From: Limisphaerales bacterium
GTDB lineage: Bacteria > Verrucomicrobiota > Verrucomicrobiia > Limisphaerales > SIBE01
NCBI GenBank assembly: GCA_044225505.1
Contig: JBGAIN010000016.1
Span: 62,001 to 82,168, forward strand
Direction of reading: 5' to 3'
DNA length: 20,168 nt
Shown: piece by piece, positions 16,355 to 20,168 of the stretch
How positions within the stretch are numbered: the stretch's first letter is position 1
How the letters are laid out: every line of letters begins with the position of its first letter
Program-made: the position numbers and the translations under genes
The notes under the pieces: model-generated
What the model saw: only the letters and a program-made list of their open reading frames with translations
What the model was told of the DNA's origin: nothing
Databases searched by the model: none

Positions 16355-18244
16355 TTAGATTTCGTTTTGGCGGAGCGTCGAACGACGCCGTCGGGAATTA
16401 CCGATCGCCTTTTGAATCACCCAATGAGACTTCTCCAGAGCTGCTTTTGCATCAACCGCGCTCATTCCTGTTAGTTCAACTACGATCCGAACCGCTCGAT
16501 CGCGCAGTTTTTCATTGGACGGGTTGAGATCGACCATCAGGTTGCCAACGACCTTGCCTCGTCGAACCATCGCAAGCGTCGTAAATAGGTTGAGCAATAG
16601 CTTGGTTGCCGTCCCGGCTTTCAAACGCGTTGAGCCTGTGAGGACTTCGGGCCCCACATCAATGGCTAAAACGACGTCTGGCCGATACCGTTTTTCAATC
16701 GCCAAGTAGGGGTTAAAGCATACCAGGACCGTCTCGGCGCCACGGCGCTTGGCTTCATTGAGCGCCCCCCAAACAAACGGGGTCCTTCCACTGGCAGCAA
16801 TGCCGATGACGATGTCGCGGTGGGTTACGGCACGACCTTGCACGGCCGCAGCACCGGCATTCCCATCGTCCTCGGCCCCTTCCAGAGACTGCCATAGTGC
16901 TTGCGGCCCGCCCGCCATGATCCCTTGGACTTGTTGCGGAGAGACCCGAAAGGTAGGAGGACACTCGCTGGCGTCCAGGACTCCGAGTCGGCCACTGGTG
17001 CCGGCGCCGACGTAGAATAGCCGGCCCCCCTGCGCAAAGCATCGGGCAATGCGTCGAACACAAGATGCGATCGTCGCCTGATATTGGCGCAGGATTGCTG
17101 GCACACGACCCTCCTCCGAGAGCATGAGAACAATTCCTTGGCGCAGGGACATCCGGTCTAGATGCATTGAGCGCGGATTGCGTTGTTCGGTCGGTGACAT
17201 CGAGGTGGCGCGAGGCACGTAAACGGGTGCCTGTTGGGTAGGTGTGCGCAACGAAACGGGTTGGAGAACTCGTCCTGACGGCGGCTCGCCTCCATCTCGA
17301 TCACGATCGCATGGCTGTTGGATCAAGGCTTTGTGCGCAAGTTCCACAGCGCCCCAGGCGCTTTCACGGTGTAGCCGCGTTACCTCGGCGTGCGGCCAGA
17401 GCTTTCGCAGAATTGCCGTCACCCGCTGAGCGAAACGAGGTTGTTTCAACAAAACGCTTCCGGCCAGGATGAACTGGACGCGATCTTGAGGCCGTGCCAG
17501 GCGTCGAGCGCAGTGAGCGGCGTCGTTGGCTAGACTATGGGCAGCACCTTCCAGGATGTCTCGCGCTATCTTGTCTCCTCCCTTCCAGGCTTCGAATACG
17601 TCGAGAGCTAATGCGGCGACGGCTTGCTTTTGGGCCTGATGCGCCCAATCGACAAGGTCTTCGGGCGTGTTGAGCTGCAAAGTGCGTAGGATTTGGGCGC
17701 CAAGCTTTGGCCATTCGCCGTCGCGATCACTGTAAAACACGACCGCTTTCAGCGCACGCAACCCGATTTCGTAAGCGCTCCCTTTGTCGCCGAGAAGGTG
17801 TCCCCAACCTCCTAGCTTGGAACTTCGGCCGTCGGGCCTTCGACCGAAACAGCAGGAGCCCGTCCCGCTCAATACTAAGACCCGCGCCGTGACCTTTCTG
17901 CTGGCGGGTGGCGCCGCTGCCAAACCCGTTTCCAGATCTGCCACCGCTCGACAGGGTATCTTGGGCCATGTGCGATCCGCGGCCGCCAGCACGCGCTGAC
18001 GATCGGACTCCGTCCGCAGCCCTGCCAAACCGATCGCAATCGCTGCGGGCTTGAGTGCTTGCCGAGCGATGGCGTTGAGCGCTCGTTGGAGTTCGGAATC
18101 TGAAAGCAGGTGGAGATTGCTTGGGCCAAACTCGATCCTTTGGATGAGTTGATGGGCCGCGTTGACCACCAGCGCCACCGTCCGAGTGCCGCCGCCCTCA
18201 ACTCCCAGAAGCAGGGGTTCGTTATTCTGCGGGACTGTCGCCAT
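16355..18244 (-). CDS. murQ: Fusion of a BadF/BadG/BcrA/BcrD-type N-acetylamino-sugar kinase (MurK/NagK-like) with N-acetylmuramic acid 6-phosphate etherase
   Basis: N-terminal half: LGVEGGGTRT, SGTGS, GGWGHLLGDKGSAY. C-terminal half (from ~17200): TEQRNPRS, GAGTSGRLGVLDASECPPTF, GIAASGRTPFV, GPEVLTGSTRLKAGTATK, NLMVDL..SNEKL. Confidence 0.93.
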   Translation of the reverse strand: MATVPQNNEPLLLGVEGGGTRTVALVVNAAHQLIQRIEFGPSNLHLLSDSELQRALNAIARQALKPAAIAIGLAGLRTESDRQRVLAAADRTWPKIPCRAVADLETGLAAAPPASRKVTARVLVLSGTGSCCFGRRPDGRSSKLGGWGHLLGDKGSAYEIGLRALKAVVFYSDRDGEWPKLGAQILRTLQLNTPEDLVDWAHQAQKQAVAALALDVFEAWKGGDKIARDILEGAAHSLANDAAHCARRLARPQDRVQFILAGSVLLKQPRFAQRVTAILRKLWPHAEVTRLHRESAWGAVELAHKALIQQPCDRDRDGGEPPSGRVLQPVSLRTPTQQAPVYVPRATSMSPTEQRNPRSMHLDRMSLRQGIVLMLSEEGRVPAILRQYQATIASCVRRIARCFAQGGRLFYVGAGTSGRLGVLDASECPPTFRVSPQQVQGIMAGGPQALWQSLEGAEDDGNAGAAAVQGRAVTHRDIVIGIAASGRTPFVWGALNEAKRRGAETVLVCFNPYLAIEKRYRPDVVLAIDVGPEVLTGSTRLKAGTATKLLLNLFTTLAMVRRGKVVGNLMVDLNPSNEKLRDRAVRIVVELTGMSAVDAKAALEKSHWVIQKAIGNSRRRRSTLRQNEI

Positions 18245-18276
18245 GACGAAGGAGTATTTTCCGTAATTGAGTCCTT

Positions 18277-18300
18277 TCCAAGCATTTTGGCATGCTTGGA
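18277..18300. promoter_or_regulatory. Inverted repeat in the divergent murQ / hypothetical-mnmE intergenic region
   Basis: TCCAAGCAT-TTTGGC-ATGCTTGGA, perfect 9-bp arms. Confidence 0.45.
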
Positions 18301-18331
18301 TTTGCAGCTCGGTTGGGTTATGAATGGATCA

Positions 18332-18589
18332 ATGAGGACCGTTGAAGACAAGATTCTGCATGCTCTGATGGAATTGGAGGATGCGGTTCGTGGGCTGAGG
18401 ACAGCGCAACCCAAGCCGGATTTGCTCCCCATCTTCGCGCGATTGGACGAATTGGCCAAGCAATTGCCGAAAGGGACCGACCCGACGTTGCTCCATTACC
18501 TCCACAAGAAAAGTTATGAAAAGGCACGTCTGTGGCTTCAAGGCCGAGACGCAGAGAACCAAGTCGGAAACTGCCGGCACGTCGAATGA
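18332..18589 (+). CDS. Small helical hypothetical protein coupled to mnmE
   Basis: MRTVEDKILHALMELEDAV...LLHYLHKKSYEKARLWL shows amphipathic helices, and its stop overlaps the mnmE start (ATGA 18586-18589). Alternative start at 18320. Confidence 0.75.
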   Translation: MRTVEDKILHALMELEDAVRGLRTAQPKPDLLPIFARLDELAKQLPKGTDPTLLHYLHKKSYEKARLWLQGRDAENQVGNCRHVE

Positions 18590-19962
18590 CTCTGGTCGAG
18601 GATACGATCGCGGCCATCTCGACGCCGATAGGCGAGAGCGCGCTGGCGATTGTCCGCGTTTCGGGTGGGAAGGCTCTGGCAGTGGGCGACGGCGTATTCG
18701 TGCCAGCGGGCCGGTCGTCGATGAAGCCTTCCGCCGCGCTGACGCATACCGTCCACTATGGTCGGATTGTTCGGGCGGGACGTCTCGTGGACGAGGTGAT
18801 GTTGACGGTCCTGCGTGCGCCGCGAACGGCGACTCGGGAAGATATGATCGAGATTTCCTGTCATGGGGGAGTCTTGACGGCTCGGCTTGTTCTCGACGCC
18901 GTCCTTGAACTTGGAGCGCGTCTGGCGTTGCCAGGGGAATTTACAAAACGCGCCTTCCTGAACGGTCGCATCGACCTTGTCCAGGCAGAAGCGGTGGCGG
19001 ACCTCATCCATTCGCGGACTGAATTAGCGCAACAAGCCGCCCAGCAGCAGCTGGCTGGCAAGCTTTCCGAACGTATCCGAGGATTACGCGACGCATTGAT
19101 TCGGGCGCTCGCGCACATCGAGGCTCACATCGACTTTCCGGATGAAGACATTGCGCCCGATACCCTCGTTCAGCTCCTCGACCGGCTGGACGGGGCTTTG
19201 GATTCTATCGAATGCCTCCTGAGGACCGCCCGTGAGGGCAAGTTGCTCCGTCATGGTGTTCGAGCAGCGATTGCGGGCCGGCCGAACGTGGGTAAATCGA
19301 GCTTGTTGAACCAGCTATTGGGACATGATCGTGCGATCGTCTCTTCGACTGCCGGGACCACGCGGGATACGATCGAAGAGACCGCCAACGTGCGTGGTTT
19401 GCCCGTGGTGTTTATCGATACGGCAGGCCTTCGGGATTCTGACAACGAGATTGAAAAAGAAGGGATTCGCCGCAGTCGTCAGAGCTTGGCGAACGCCGAA
19501 TTGGTCCTCCACGTCCTGGACGGATCTATTCCGTGGACGCCGGACGACTGCCAGCCTATTCGTGAACTATCGACGAAGAAGCAGATTATTATTCGGAATA
19601 AATCGGACCTGGCCGCGGCATGGACTGATATGCCAGGGGTAACGGCGCCGGTCGTGGCCGTTAGCTGCGTGACAGGGGCGGGACTTGAAGATCTAAAGGA
19701 TACGATTCAGCGCTTGATTTGGGGGGGGACTATCGATTCGTCTGCCGTCGAGGTAACAATTAGCGCGCGGCATCAGAACGCGCTTCTGCGAGCCAAAACC
19801 TCGATTGGACTCGCGGCGGAGAGCTTACGCTCCGGGGCGACTCTCGAGTTGGTGGCCGTCGACCTTCGGTCGGGCGTACAAGCGGTCGGTGAGATTGTCG
19901 GCAAGACGTCAACCGAGGATCTCTTAGACGCTATTTTTGGCCAGTTCTGCATTGGCAAGTGA
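18586..19962 (+). CDS. mnmE: tRNA uridine-5-carboxymethylaminomethyl(34) synthesis GTPase MnmE (TrmE)
   Basis: DTIAAISTP, EISCHGG, GEFTKRAFLNGRIDL, GRPNVGKSS, GTTRD, DTAG, NKSD and C-terminal FCIGK. Confidence 0.98.
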   Translation: MTLVEDTIAAISTPIGESALAIVRVSGGKALAVGDGVFVPAGRSSMKPSAALTHTVHYGRIVRAGRLVDEVMLTVLRAPRTATREDMIEISCHGGVLTARLVLDAVLELGARLALPGEFTKRAFLNGRIDLVQAEAVADLIHSRTELAQQAAQQQLAGKLSERIRGLRDALIRALAHIEAHIDFPDEDIAPDTLVQLLDRLDGALDSIECLLRTAREGKLLRHGVRAAIAGRPNVGKSSLLNQLLGHDRAIVSSTAGTTRDTIEETANVRGLPVVFIDTAGLRDSDNEIEKEGIRRSRQSLANAELVLHVLDGSIPWTPDDCQPIRELSTKKQIIIRNKSDLAAAWTDMPGVTAPVVAVSCVTGAGLEDLKDTIQRLIWGGTIDSSAVEVTISARHQNALLRAKTSIGLAAESLRSGATLELVAVDLRSGVQAVGEIVGKTSTEDLLDAIFGQFCIGK

Positions 19963-20082
19963 CCCCGCACTCGACGGATGTTCCACAGTTTTGAACTTAA
20001 CCATGAGGACCTTCTGAACGTCTGGTCTAATTTCAGACCTCCTGACCCCTAAAGGGCGACTGCTGGGTGTCTTGGAAAATGG

Positions 20083-20168
20083 ATGGCCCCAAAACGGAGT
20101 GGTTGGCTGGCTTTGGTCGTCACCGCAGGAGGGTGGTTTTGCCTTGCCGTCAGAGGGCCGGAAAGGAA
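20083..20168 (+). CDS. Possible 5' end of a secreted protein, truncated by the window
   Basis: MAPKRSGWLALVVTAGGWFCLAVRG looks like a signal peptide and the frame is open to the window edge. Confidence 0.25.
   Translation, partial: MAPKRSGWLALVVTAGGWFCLAVRGPER

Noticed and set aside
19961..20049. GACCCCGCAC shared with 2264-2273, and an AGACCTCCTGACCCC motif after mnmE
   Set aside because: Matches this short are expected by chance in 20 kb of GC-rich DNA, so a link to the RAYT motifs cannot be supported.

Overview
Bacterial genomic DNA, probably PVC superphylum and most likely Verrucomicrobiota. This is an inference from a LEPRxLL-type N-terminus, a C-terminal '...Y.VE...DL...W...KFYRL' domain and GGAG-type REP palindromes. 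The first ~2.3 kb is a degraded zone with a REP palindrome, a low-complexity repeat, frameshifted gene remnants and a truncated REP-associated tyrosine transposase (RAYT). It is followed by a ferredoxin gene. The centrepiece is a translationally coupled gene pair. The first gene encodes a 2763-aa exported protein with six beta-helix repeats, Ig/CARDB-like domains, an intact-looking caspase-like His-Cys domain, a DPNEK domain and a C-terminal dockerin-like module. The second encodes a 255-aa signal-peptide protein with a cohesin-like domain. Further right are a DUF1624/HGSNAT-like membrane protein, an orphan PotD-like lipoprotein, a Yip1 protein, a sugar kinase-MurQ fusion, a small hypothetical and mnmE. 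Two copies (158/164 identical) of a 164-bp hairpin-rich element with terminal inverted repeats and internal REP-like palindromes bracket 12.5 kb of the window. All domain calls come from motif recognition by eye; no database searches were run.
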